From assembly GCA_964521285.1 (NCBI GenBank), contig CAZFQS010000003.1:9749-73748 (forward strand): 64,000 nt of DNA, written 5' to 3'. The DNA is from an uncultured Bacteroidales bacterium (GTDB lineage Bacteria; Bacteroidota; Bacteroidia; Bacteroidales; UBA10428). The position numbers and the translations under genes were made by a program. Below, piece by piece: positions 1 to 9,592 of this stretch (position 1 is its first letter; the number at the start of each line of letters is the position of its first letter). The notes beneath the pieces were generated by a model. It was not told the origin of the DNA, searched no databases, and saw nothing but the letters and a program-made list of their open reading frames with translations.

Positions 1-314
1 GCAGTAATAAATATAACTGGTATAGAATCGAGATTCGCATTGGTGATACCTGTTATAAGGTTAGTAGCTCCGGGGCCCGAGGTAGCGAAACAAATACCTG
101 GTTTTCCGGTAACCTGAGCATACGCCTGTGCCGCATGCGCAGCGCCCTGTTCATGCCTAACCAGGATATGTTTTAAGACATGGTTTTTATCATACAACTT
201 ATCGTAAATGGGCATCATAGCCCCACCCGGATACCCGAAAATGGTATCTACATCTTCTTCTATCAGGCATAAAAGAATAGCTTCTGCCCCTGTAATTCTG
301 GCTGTATTTTCCAT
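1..314 (-). CDS. ilvB: acetolactate synthase large subunit, N-terminal part (gene runs off the left edge)
   Basis: Own translation from the ATG at 314-312 gives [79 protein letters not shown]. This is the typical ThDP-enzyme N-terminal domain of AHAS large subunits. It is truncated, so it is absent from the ORF track. Confidence 0.85.
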   Translation of the reverse strand, partial: MENTARITGAEAILLCLIEEDVDTIFGYPGGAMMPIYDKLYDKNHVLKHILVRHEQGAAHAAQAYAQVTGKPGICFATSGPGATNLITGITNANLDSIPVIFIT

Positions 315-315
315 T

Positions 316-660
316 TCATGCAGTAATTTCATTAATTATTTTATCGTCCGATTTTAAAATTCCGTTTACATAATCTTCAATTAAATTTTGAGGTGTATTT
401 ATTGGTATACCAACAAACAAGTTAATTTTAAAGCTTGAAAACATGCTGATTATTTTTTTATCAACCTTGTAAGCAATTATATCAGTTATGCCTTGTTGAG
501 ATGCCCACACCGGTAGTTTTGCCAGCTCTTTATCCGGTGGGACTTCAATTTCATTGCTTTGGATTTTTTTACCTTTAATTTCAAATATTTCGTAATGACT
601 GCATTGACCGAAATATTCACTTAATCTGCCCTGTACTACCGGAATTGCTACCCGCTTCAT
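316..660 (-). CDS. NifB/NifX-family (dinitrogenase FeMo-cofactor-binding-like) small protein
   Basis: 114 aa. [28 protein letters not shown] resembles the N-terminus of standalone NifX_NifB-domain proteins of anaerobes. Sits 1 nt from the ilvB start. Confidence 0.7.
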   Translation of the reverse strand: MKRVAIPVVQGRLSEYFGQCSHYEIFEIKGKKIQSNEIEVPPDKELAKLPVWASQQGITDIIAYKVDKKIISMFSSFKINLFVGIPINTPQNLIEDYVNGILKSDDKIINEITA

Positions 661-927
661 TTTGCAAAAAGTTTTGATACAAAATTACAGGCAAACATAA
701 CTTAAACAATAAAACGGGGTTTTCAGGTTCCATTTGGGAGACTGAAATATTTCAGCTTTTTACCTGTTAAAATACAGGTTATAAATTGTTGCTTCACATA
801 ACCTAAAATCTCTATATAAAAAAACTAATCTTACTTATAAATTGAAAGTATTTTATAAAAAAGTTACTTGTTATTTGTTTTCGTTTGGTATTTTTGTGAT
901 ATTCTTTTTAAGAATATTCTTATAATA

Positions 928-1623
928 ATGTCAGAACCACAAAATATAGAAAATTGCACTAAGTGCAAAAAAATATCACAATGTTTTCAATACTTATATC
1001 CTGAAGAACTTGAGTTTATAAGTAAAAGAAAAACACAACTGACCTATTTACAGGGTGAGAACTTATTCAAGCAGGGTGCATTTGCACCTTATGTAATGTA
1101 TATTGTTGAGGGATTGGTGAAGATTTACCTGCAAACAGGCAGTGATAAGCAAATTAATATACGGTTGTCCAAAGCTGGTGATTTCCTGGCTTTTTCTTCC
1201 ATTTTTGGTGAAAATATTTATAATTATTCTGCAGTTGCAGTAAAAGAATCTACAATATGTATGATAGATAAAACAGCCTTAATGCACCTCCTGCAAAAAA
1301 ACCCCGACTTTGCGATGCTTATCACATCAAAAAATTGCAGGAACGAAGGCCATTTATTGGAAGTTATCAAAAATATTTCTTACAAACAGATGCGCGGAAA
1401 ATTAGCCACTACCCTGCTTTATCTCTCTGCTGATGAATTTATTAAGCACGATGTTTTTCAGTATATGACAAGGCAGGATATTGCCGATTTTGCATCTATT
1501 TCCACCGAAAGTGCCATTAAGTTTTTAAAGGAGTTTGAAAAAGAGGGTATATTGAAACTTGACGGGAAAGATATCAAAATTGTTGACATAGAAAAGCTGT
1601 GGGAGATTGGAAAAAGGGGATGA
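928..1623 (+). CDS. Crp/Fnr-family transcriptional regulator, FNR-like (N-terminal Cys cluster)
   Basis: cNMP-binding-like core plus C-terminal HTH (RQDIADFASISTESAIKFLKEFEKEG). The ATG at 928 is preferred over the TTG at 868 in the ORF track. Cys10/13/19 plus Cys111 match the FNR ligand spacing. Confidence 0.8.
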   Translation: MSEPQNIENCTKCKKISQCFQYLYPEELEFISKRKTQLTYLQGENLFKQGAFAPYVMYIVEGLVKIYLQTGSDKQINIRLSKAGDFLAFSSIFGENIYNYSAVAVKESTICMIDKTALMHLLQKNPDFAMLITSKNCRNEGHLLEVIKNISYKQMRGKLATTLLYLSADEFIKHDVFQYMTRQDIADFASISTESAIKFLKEFEKEGILKLDGKDIKIVDIEKLWEIGKRG

Positions 1624-1855
1624 AAATAACTAAATACCGCCAATAAAATTTAAAATTGCGATTGAAATAGCGCTCATACTAATCACGGCGGCCCATTCGT
1701 CAACGCCTGGTGACGGGATGAATTTTTACCCGGGATTGTGGTTTGAAAATAATTACCAGAATTGTGGCTTTGCAGAAAAATTCATAAAAAATCATATATT
1801 AAATATGTATTCTGTTAATTTTAAATGCTTCGATTATTTGCGAATATTGAGGTAA

Positions 1856-2035
1856 TCACCATTCATTACTTATTTTTTTCAGGTATAACTGATGATGGTA
1901 AGAACCTTCTTTAAACATGATTTTTCCGCACTTGGGGCACCTGTTCTCCCTGCAGGGTACTCCACTTTCATGGGGTATCTGGGTATTACAATGCACACAA
2001 ATGCAATATTCGTTTTTTTTATACCTCCTCTGCAT
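1856..2035 (-). CDS. unannotated 59-aa Cys-rich (zinc-ribbon-like) protein
   Basis: Own translation: [59 protein letters not shown]. Has CxCxxC and CxxC pairs. Its start overlaps the 3' end of the DUF134 gene by 17 nt. One codon below the ORF-track cutoff. Confidence 0.5.
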   Translation of the reverse strand: MQRRYKKNEYCICVHCNTQIPHESGVPCRENRCPKCGKIMFKEGSYHHQLYLKKISNEW

Positions 2036-2441
2036 TTCCTTGTTTAATATTTAATTGAACAATATTATCCGAATCACATATTCTGCAATGTTTAGCAGGT
2101 TTCATGGTAATCATGGTCTCGTGGCAATTATAACATCTGTACCAGTAATCATCAGTAACATAGTTACCACCCTGTATAAATATGGCCTTGCCTTCCACGA
2201 AAGCTTTAGCAATATTTTTTCTGGCTTTATCATAAAGCCGTGTAAAGGTAGGCCTGGAAATATTCATTTTCTGAGCAGCTTTTTCCTGTGTAAGTTTTTC
2301 ATAATCGGCCAATCGAATGGCTTCGTATTCTTCATAAAGCAAAACCACAGGTTCTAGTTTACGCATCGGCACACCAAAAGGTTTAAATCCTTCCATTGGC
2401 GGGGGCATTGCAATTCTTCTATATCTTCTGCGATTCGGCAT
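2019..2441 (-). CDS. DUF134 (UPF0251) family predicted DNA-binding protein
   Basis: Arg-rich N-terminus followed by FKPFGVP, an HTH-like segment ([27 protein letters not shown]), and a C-terminal CxxC..CxxC. Confidence 0.7.
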   Translation of the reverse strand: MPNRRRYRRIAMPPPMEGFKPFGVPMRKLEPVVLLYEEYEAIRLADYEKLTQEKAAQKMNISRPTFTRLYDKARKNIAKAFVEGKAIFIQGGNYVTDDYWYRCYNCHETMITMKPAKHCRICDSDNIVQLNIKQGNAEEV

Positions 2442-2590
2442 TATTTTTGTTTGTAGTCAAGATTAAATTTTATCCCAAAATTAATATTTCTTCCAATATT
2501 ATAAAAACCTACATCCTTCAATGTGGAAAGATGGTCGGCATAGCCTTCATATTATAATCTTATAAAGAAAAAATACCTTAACCTGAGCAC

Positions 2591-3130
2591 TCACGAATTT
2601 CTGTTTTTCAATTGCTCAACAACCAGTTTGTATTTTTCATGTATCATGGTTCTATCAAATTCCCAGAATTCTTTGAGCAATTCTTCAAGTTCATCTTCTG
2701 AAAAGTATTCTTCAGAGTCAGGGAAGAATATCTTATCTTCCTTCTTAATATGTTCTGGATAGAATTCGACCAACTGACCAAGCTTTTCTATAATAGTATT
2801 TATTGTATTATTTCCACAGCTATAATTATCTCTTGCTTCCACAAGTTCTCCGACTATCCTTCTGCCGTATTTATGTTCTGCAATGAGCTCATTCATAACT
2901 TTAATATCTTTTTCAGACATATTTTTTTTAACGCAATCACGAAATAATATATCTTCTTCTTTTCCATGATGCGTTTTATCTGCATAAATTCTTATAAAAT
3001 CAACAGCTGTGTCTATAAAAACAATGTCAACATTATTTGTCTCCTTAATTTTCAATATTTCCTTTCTGATTATCTCAATCATTTTTTCAATTAAACGATG
3101 CTCAATCATTAATAATCCCCTGGGTTTCAT
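2591..3130 (-). CDS. hemerythrin HHE cation-binding domain protein
   Basis: 179 aa. IEHRLIEKM...ADKTHHGKEEDILF...AEHKYGR...EHIKKEDKIFFP matches the His/Glu pattern of hemerythrin-like domains. Confidence 0.7.
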   Translation of the reverse strand: MKPRGLLMIEHRLIEKMIEIIRKEILKIKETNNVDIVFIDTAVDFIRIYADKTHHGKEEDILFRDCVKKNMSEKDIKVMNELIAEHKYGRRIVGELVEARDNYSCGNNTINTIIEKLGQLVEFYPEHIKKEDKIFFPDSEEYFSEDELEELLKEFWEFDRTMIHEKYKLVVEQLKNRNS

Positions 3131-3315
3131 TTTATATTGCTCCTTTATTTATTATTTTATACAAACATTAATTGTCAAAATTATTATTAATAATAAGTAT
3201 TTCAATAATCAGCCAAGAAATTAATAATACTCGTTTTATTATCGAATATTAATAGACTCCTGTTTAATACGATTTATATAAAAATTACTAAAATAAATTC
3301 TCGCGGATAAAGATT

Positions 3316-4377
3316 CTATTTTAAAACCGGATAATGTATCTTGGGTTTATCATTTGTAACCCAGGGTAATTCTTCCCAGGTTAATGTTTTTTCACTCTCA
3401 TATAAAGCTTTAAATTCCTGGTATTGTCTCCACCGCCCGGATGGAGCTCCCCAGCACATGAACCATATCCACCGCGGTTGACTTTCCAGAATTTCAGGGG
3501 TAGGTAGCGGGCCCACTTCACCCAATGCAACCGGCTTGTTACCGGCCAGTTCAAGTAGTTGCTCATAATCTTCCCGGGCAAATCCACCGCGATAAACATC
3601 TGTCGCAAAAATATCAACAACATCATCTCCCGGGTAGCACTTATCATAGGGATATACATTTTCTCTTATTTCATTGGCATTATATACCCAAATCAGATTA
3701 TTTATTCCGTGAAAATTAACAAGGCGATCAAAAAGCATACGGTATAACTTTTTATAGCCATTATCACCATCCTTTTTACCCCACCAGAACCAGTCGCCGT
3801 TCATTTCATGGTATGGCCGCCATAGCACAGGAATATCAGCATTCCTTAGTTGCTTAAGAAAAAAAGCGATCACATCTACCTGTGATTTCCATCTTTCATT
3901 AATCTCTGTGCCCGGAGTAATAAGATCTATCCATTCCTTATCTGTAAGGTCACCCCGTACGGACTCATCAATAGTTACCGGTTCATCTTCAATGGGACGT
4001 ACTGCATGCCACATAATAGTATTAATAAATCCTTCATGGTACCTCCTTATGGCCTCATCCACAATCTGCTGCCGGTAGTTAATTCCATCCCATGTTCCTG
4101 GCGCACTAAAGCCGAAATCCTGTCCGAATACAGCAGGATAATGTCCTAACATCTTTTCTACTCCGGCAAGATTTATTGATCCGAAAAGGGGCTCACAGTG
4201 CTGACCTGTAAGTGTATATTTACCGGAGATACTGTAAATATATTGCAGCAGTTCCACTGCTTCAGGTGATGCATCAGGTGTTGCAGGTCTTATTAAGTCT
4301 TCCTGTGGAAAAATCAATGAAGAAGAAGTACAGAATAATAACATACATAGTAAAAATGTAACTTTTCTGATTCTCAT
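3316..4377 (-). CDS. glycoside hydrolase family 26 (beta-mannanase-like), secreted
   Basis: Has the RPYHEMNGDWFWWG motif characteristic of GH26 and an N-terminal signal sequence. The ATG at 4377 is preceded by AGGAGGA and is preferred over 4410. Confidence 0.8.
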   Translation of the reverse strand: MRIRKVTFLLCMLLFCTSSSLIFPQEDLIRPATPDASPEAVELLQYIYSISGKYTLTGQHCEPLFGSINLAGVEKMLGHYPAVFGQDFGFSAPGTWDGINYRQQIVDEAIRRYHEGFINTIMWHAVRPIEDEPVTIDESVRGDLTDKEWIDLITPGTEINERWKSQVDVIAFFLKQLRNADIPVLWRPYHEMNGDWFWWGKKDGDNGYKKLYRMLFDRLVNFHGINNLIWVYNANEIRENVYPYDKCYPGDDVVDIFATDVYRGGFAREDYEQLLELAGNKPVALGEVGPLPTPEILESQPRWIWFMCWGAPSGRWRQYQEFKALYESEKTLTWEELPWVTNDKPKIHYPVLK

Positions 4378-4448
4378 AATTTGATCCTCCTTTTTTAAAT
4401 CATAATTCAATTAATTATTAAGAAATATAATGAAATTATATAGCCTGT

Positions 4449-6599
4449 TCAGGGTAAAGGACTTAATCCTTCAAATTTAACCACCCAGGTTCCGTCCCCT
4501 GGAAATCCCGGTGCATAAACTGCTGGTGCGCCATCCCAGCCGGCAGCCATCATAGCCACAGCTGTCAGAAGTCCCCCGTTTCCGGGTAAATAGACAGGAA
4601 GCCTTTCATCCTGATAATTGTGGCCGTTATTTAAATAGGTATTCTTTTGTACATCCATAAGTAATGCATCTATTGCCAGGTCCGGGCTGCCAACACGGGC
4701 AGCGGTCATCGCAATTAATGGGAAATCCCAGCCCCATGTGCGTTCCCAGTTCCATAATTGCATTACTTTTTCAAGTGTTCTGCGCATTTTGTTAATATCA
4801 ACCGAGTCATTCGGAAGCATACCATATACTCCCAGCAGTGATGGATGATCGATTCTTTGAAGGCTGTCTGTAAAAGTGTTTAAAGCTGTTTCAGCATTCT
4901 GGTATAATTCATTATTAACGGGCAACTCTGAAAGGTTGTAAATAACATGGTCCCACTTTTCAATACGGTTAAGCCCAAGCCGCTCACGCCATTTTTGCGC
5001 CGTTTCCAGTCCGTATGACCAATATGACAATTCGAAAGCCGGATTTATTGTTGAAGTTGCTTTATGTATTTCCTGGGCAGGGATGAGAGGCGGACCAAGA
5101 ACATATCTGCCATTTTTTCCATCCCATTGTGCATAGGAAGCCATAAATTCGGCAGTTTTAAATACAATATTACTGTATTTTTCCAGAGTGGACCGATCTT
5201 TCCTGCCCCGGTATAAAAGTTCTGCATAATATACAGGATGTGGTTGCTGCCATATCAGGAACACCCCTACTTTTGAAGGGCTTTCCCTACCATCATATCC
5301 TATCATTTTAGGCCATCTGACACCTTCATACCCTTGTCGTTCTGCCTTTTGTCTTGCCATTGGCATAATAGTTTCGTACCATGCCAGACTTTTCTCCAGA
5401 AGTTCAGGATGTCCCCACAGTGCGAAGTGCACAGCATGCCACCAGTGCATTTCGAGGTGGAACTTCCCGTACCAGCTGTTGAAGGTCAGGCCTGTCTCTT
5501 GTGGTGGCATTGTACCCGCACACTGTATTGCAGTTAAATACCTGGATAAGATAATTCGTCTTTCCAGTTCGTGTGCCCTTGAATCTTTACTCCCTGATAA
5601 ATCTATAGCCCCTCCTGTCTCCCAGAAATTTTGCCAGCTTGAGCCGGCAGCTTTCAGTGTTTCCGGAGCGTCAGGAAGTTGTCTTATATCCTTTCCTTTT
5701 GAAAAGTAACATATAAAATTAAAGCGGTTCCTGCTGTTTATAGCCAGCAGAAATGAATGTTTTGCAGTCCGCTTAAATTCTGCAGTACCTCTCCATTTAA
5801 TGTTCACAAAATATTTGTCAGAATCAAGTGTTCGTTCAATAACAACAGATTTGTCATTTTGAAATACTATATCAGAAGTATGCTTATCAGGGCTTTCCCA
5901 GTTAGCTGCATTCTTTCCCCATGATACCGACCCGTATGGAAAATCAAATTCAATATTAACACGACCTTTTTGAAGCAGTTTAGACTTAATACTAACAGCA
6001 ATCTGATCTATTTCCGGATGACAGCATGTTTTAACAATTATTCTGTTATATTCAATATCAAAGGAACTTTTAATAATTCCTTCCCAGATATCAGATGATT
6101 GATTGATATTCCTTATGTCTGATATTTCAACTTCCGTGCTGTCAGATTTAATTATCTTAAAGCCAATTCTTCCAAGATGAAGCCTGTGAGGATTGGATCG
6201 CAGCCATCCCCCAGCCTCACTATTCTGCATTGAAGCATATGACACCTGTCTGCCATAGGTATTATAATACCTGAAAGTCTGATCTAAAGTGTAATTCTGT
6301 GAATCAGGGCATGTATGCCATCCCCACTGGGATTGTGTACATAATGGAATACCGCTTTCATAGTACCCGGGAAAAGTCTGTAATCCGGTAATATCAACAG
6401 TATAGGCAAATTCGCCATTTCCCACACTAAAGGGTGAAAGTGAGTCAGCTTTATTAAGAGTGGGAATATGGCGCTCCACTAGTGCCTTACGGTTTATGTG
6501 ATCTCTGCTGTTTTTATTCGGAATATTATTCTGACATGAAGATAAAATAATACAAACACTGAAAAACAATATAAGTAGTATATTATTCACTATACTCAC
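4449..6599 (-). CDS. lipoprotein, putative (alpha/alpha)6-type glycoside hydrolase of uncertain family
   Basis: 716 aa. Lipobox LSSC at the N-terminus. Sandwiched between the GH26 and GH5 genes. Trp/His-rich C-terminal half (EMHWWH, WQQPHPVYY). No family could be assigned by eye. Confidence 0.4.
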   Translation of the reverse strand: MSIVNNILLILFFSVCIILSSCQNNIPNKNSRDHINRKALVERHIPTLNKADSLSPFSVGNGEFAYTVDITGLQTFPGYYESGIPLCTQSQWGWHTCPDSQNYTLDQTFRYYNTYGRQVSYASMQNSEAGGWLRSNPHRLHLGRIGFKIIKSDSTEVEISDIRNINQSSDIWEGIIKSSFDIEYNRIIVKTCCHPEIDQIAVSIKSKLLQKGRVNIEFDFPYGSVSWGKNAANWESPDKHTSDIVFQNDKSVVIERTLDSDKYFVNIKWRGTAEFKRTAKHSFLLAINSRNRFNFICYFSKGKDIRQLPDAPETLKAAGSSWQNFWETGGAIDLSGSKDSRAHELERRIILSRYLTAIQCAGTMPPQETGLTFNSWYGKFHLEMHWWHAVHFALWGHPELLEKSLAWYETIMPMARQKAERQGYEGVRWPKMIGYDGRESPSKVGVFLIWQQPHPVYYAELLYRGRKDRSTLEKYSNIVFKTAEFMASYAQWDGKNGRYVLGPPLIPAQEIHKATSTINPAFELSYWSYGLETAQKWRERLGLNRIEKWDHVIYNLSELPVNNELYQNAETALNTFTDSLQRIDHPSLLGVYGMLPNDSVDINKMRRTLEKVMQLWNWERTWGWDFPLIAMTAARVGSPDLAIDALLMDVQKNTYLNNGHNYQDERLPVYLPGNGGLLTAVAMMAAGWDGAPAVYAPGFPGDGTWVVKFEGLSPLP

Positions 6600-6666
6600 T
6601 AATTGAAGGGTTCAGACTAAAGTAATTTTATAAATATTCCGAATAATAAAATTGTTAGCGTTAGCT

Positions 6667-7863
6667 TCATTTAATTAATATCTTTATCAATTTGGTATTC
6701 GGTTCCAGGTTCTTAAGGTTTTTTCTGTCCCATTCAACGATTCTGAAATCACCCTTGTAATCCCAGTTTGCATAGGCAATACAATTTTCTCTGAAAATAT
6801 CTGTTATATCCTGATAATATTTCAGTCTTGTTTCTTCCTGTATTGATGGAAGGCAGCCAAACTCATTGCAGTAAAGCTGCAACCCCAGTTCCTTTGCTTT
6901 ATCAATGGCTTCCTGGAGAATAGACTGAAGTTTATCTTTATTATAAACATCTCTTGCTTTCTCTTCCTCTAACCTTAACATAAGAGCTTCATTTGTTTTA
7001 TCAACGTATTTTTCAAATGCTGAATCGGGTATGCACTGCCCGGGGTACTGAACCGGTCCGTTGTAATATTGTGCAGGAGACCAGTATGCCTTATAATGTG
7101 TTAAAAAGTAGGGATGATAGGTATGAACGCTTAATATTATATTTTTGTCGTTCTCCGGCACTTTAAGATATGGGAATGTATATGGTTTCTGCCACATGTT
7201 TGAGCCGATTATTATAACCCTCTCCGGTTCTTTTTCCCTTATTATTTTAACTGCCCTGGCAATAAGCCTGTTCCATTGTTCATGATCCGGGGCAACAGGT
7301 TCGTTCATTATTTCATAAGCAACCTTATCATTCGGATAGTCACTCAAGTATTCCGACAGATTTTCCCAGAGCTTCATAAGATTATTCTGTGCAACTGTGT
7401 CACTCCATAATGTCATTTCACCTTCGTTATTTCTTGCATTGAAGTGATGTGAACGCAAAATATGAAGGTCGATAACAGCTCTGAGTCCGAATTCTGCGCA
7501 CCAGCTGAGGCAACTTTTGACATATTTCAGTGATCGCTCAATGATATCACCGTTTTCATCCCAGAGCTCTTGCTCATCAATTGGAATTCTAATGTGATCA
7601 AAGCCAAAGCCGTGTATGAGTTTTATATCTTCCCTTGTTATAAACTTATCCTTTGGAGACCATTCCCTTGTCTGTGACATCCAGTGGCTGAGATTTACTC
7701 CTTTTCGTATTATGAATCCGGATGGATTTGTTACATACTCAGGTGTATCTGACTGTACTGTATCTTTATTTAAATGGCCTCCCTCTCCTGATTTTCTCCC
7801 GCATGAAAACATAGTTAAAATTACAAGTATAAAGTAAAGTAAGGTAACAATTTTTTTTCTCAT
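6667..7863 (-). CDS. glycoside hydrolase family 5 (cellulase/mannanase-type) lipoprotein
   Basis: FDHIRIPI, YEIMNEP (acid/base Glu), HTYHPY and CNEFG (nucleophile Glu) are in GH5 order. Lipobox FSC. Confidence 0.8.
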   Translation of the reverse strand: MRKKIVTLLYFILVILTMFSCGRKSGEGGHLNKDTVQSDTPEYVTNPSGFIIRKGVNLSHWMSQTREWSPKDKFITREDIKLIHGFGFDHIRIPIDEQELWDENGDIIERSLKYVKSCLSWCAEFGLRAVIDLHILRSHHFNARNNEGEMTLWSDTVAQNNLMKLWENLSEYLSDYPNDKVAYEIMNEPVAPDHEQWNRLIARAVKIIREKEPERVIIIGSNMWQKPYTFPYLKVPENDKNIILSVHTYHPYFLTHYKAYWSPAQYYNGPVQYPGQCIPDSAFEKYVDKTNEALMLRLEEEKARDVYNKDKLQSILQEAIDKAKELGLQLYCNEFGCLPSIQEETRLKYYQDITDIFRENCIAYANWDYKGDFRIVEWDRKNLKNLEPNTKLIKILIK

Positions 7864-8066
7864 GATATAATTCTCCCTTTAATTTAGCATAAAGTGCTAT
7901 TGCTAAAATAGGCATAAAACATTTAAAATAAAGACTGAAATTTGTATTAATTACAAATCAGATTAGAAAAACAATAGCAAAATTGTAATTGTGAGAAAAC
8001 TATTTACTAATAAGAAAAATAGGGGACCTACAAGCTTTCTCATGTTCTCTGAAAGAACAGTTATTT

Positions 8067-8816
8067 CTATTTAATAATTCTCTTTTTAACAAGGTTCCAT
8101 GACTGTGTTATCAAAAAGCTTTCATCCATATTTTTTACCATTTCCTTAAATCGTTTCATTGGGATCGCAAAACTTAAAGTATTTGCCGGAACACAGGGCC
8201 GTGCAGAAACATCAAACATCCCTATAACACATTTTGGATTTTTCAAATTCGACTCATTTAACGGAAAACTAATTATAGAGGAGCATCCCGATCCCATAGG
8301 TGCAATAACACCATGTTGATCAGCTATATCAAAATTTGCTAATGTAAAAAGACCTGATAAAATATCAGGAGTAGCAAAGAAGATAATAACCAGAGGCTGG
8401 TCTTTTTCCGATAATTTATCCCATCGCTTGAATACCAGATACCTTGCAGGTGCTTTAAAAGGTGTATTTTTTCTCAGAAAATCTTTTACCAAATCCGGTG
8501 ATTTTTTATATCGCTCACCTTCCATTTTACCAGGGATGCCGTAAGATAAGAAATATTCAAAATCTGGCCGCAGACTTTGCGAAAAACCAGAATAGCGCTT
8601 GCCCCCTAAGCATCCGGGACTCTCCGAACTATATATAAAAGTATAACCCTCCCTGACACGATTTAAATTACAAATCAAACACCGGTGTTCTTCCTTAGTT
8701 TCACTGACCTCTTTCTCAGAAACTTCATCAGTATAAAAATACGCAATGGGTAACCCTGCCTCATTAAAATATTTTTTCCATTGAAGCAGGAATAATTCTC
8801 TAAATTCTAAATCCAT
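8067..8816 (-). CDS. DUF169 domain-containing protein
   Basis: 249 aa. The N-terminal WKKYFNEAGLPIAYFYTDE and the Cys-containing core resemble DUF169 (COG2043) proteins. Confidence 0.6.
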   Translation of the reverse strand: MDLEFRELFLLQWKKYFNEAGLPIAYFYTDEVSEKEVSETKEEHRCLICNLNRVREGYTFIYSSESPGCLGGKRYSGFSQSLRPDFEYFLSYGIPGKMEGERYKKSPDLVKDFLRKNTPFKAPARYLVFKRWDKLSEKDQPLVIIFFATPDILSGLFTLANFDIADQHGVIAPMGSGCSSIISFPLNESNLKNPKCVIGMFDVSARPCVPANTLSFAIPMKRFKEMVKNMDESFLITQSWNLVKKRIIK

Positions 8817-9007
8817 AATAAAATCTTTTATGCATTTGGGATGAATTTCTCTATCAAATATAATTATATTATGAGTGTAAAAATCCGGTTATTTCTCTCT
8901 ATTGTTGAAAAAAGTAACCATTCGATTGTAAAAATTATACTATTTTTAATTAAAATTTCATCCATTAGTTAAAAGTGTTAATTTTGTATTAAACCTTCCA
9001 TAATATT

Positions 9008-9592
9008 ATGATTAGCTACACAAAAGATAAACTGGAAAAAATTGGCAATGCAATAATATATTTTACACAAAATATTCCGGATTTATCAAAAACAAAACTT
9101 ATTAAATTATTGTATTTATTGGAGGAATGCTTCATAAAGAAATATCAACTTCCCTTCCTGGATATTGAATTTGAAGTATGGCAAGCCGGGCCCGTTAACA
9201 GGGAAATATTTATTGAATTATCAGATGAACCTTTAATGTTAAAAGATTACATTATTAAAGAGCTTGATGAAGATGCAACATACATTAAACCCAAACAAGA
9301 GTTTTCAGATAATGAGTTTTCAGATAATGAGTTTGAAATGCTTGATTTTATAATCAAATCTTTCGGAAACAAAACTGCCGCTGAATTGGTCAACCTAATT
9401 CATAAAAAAAGTTCACCCTGGTATATCATTGCCGAAAGAACCGGATTACTAAGGGCTTTTAATGACGGTTTATTAAACTCATCTGATATTAAAATTGATT
9501 TAAGTGAGTTTTATTGCGATAGCAAAAAGACAAGTGAGCAATATAGAGAACAAAAAATGTTTAACCGGTTTGCTCAACAGTTCTCTATTTAA
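9008..9592 (+). CDS. Panacea-domain (DUF4065, SocA/PanA-like) antitoxin
   Basis: KLIKLLYLLEECFIKKYQLPFLDIEFEVWQAGPV matches the hallmark KLxKLLY..(F/W)xAWxxGPV segment of DUF4065. Confidence 0.7.
   Translation: MISYTKDKLEKIGNAIIYFTQNIPDLSKTKLIKLLYLLEECFIKKYQLPFLDIEFEVWQAGPVNREIFIELSDEPLMLKDYIIKELDEDATYIKPKQEFSDNEFSDNEFEMLDFIIKSFGNKTAAELVNLIHKKSSPWYIIAERTGLLRAFNDGLLNSSDIKIDLSEFYCDSKKTSEQYREQKMFNRFAQQFSI
9299..9334 (+). repeat. 15-bp in-frame tandem repeat (GAGTTTTCAGATAAT x2.4; EFSDN-EFSDN-EF) inside the PanA-like gene
   Basis: Direct reading of 9299-9334. Confidence 0.9.

Noticed and set aside
868-927. N-terminal extensions from TTG starts given by the ORF track (868 for the FNR-like gene; also 61948, 37690, 4410, 36183 and 50254)
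   Set aside because: Downstream ATG codons give N-termini that begin at the expected domain or signal-peptide boundaries. The extensions are hydrophobic or AT-rich read-through of promoter DNA.
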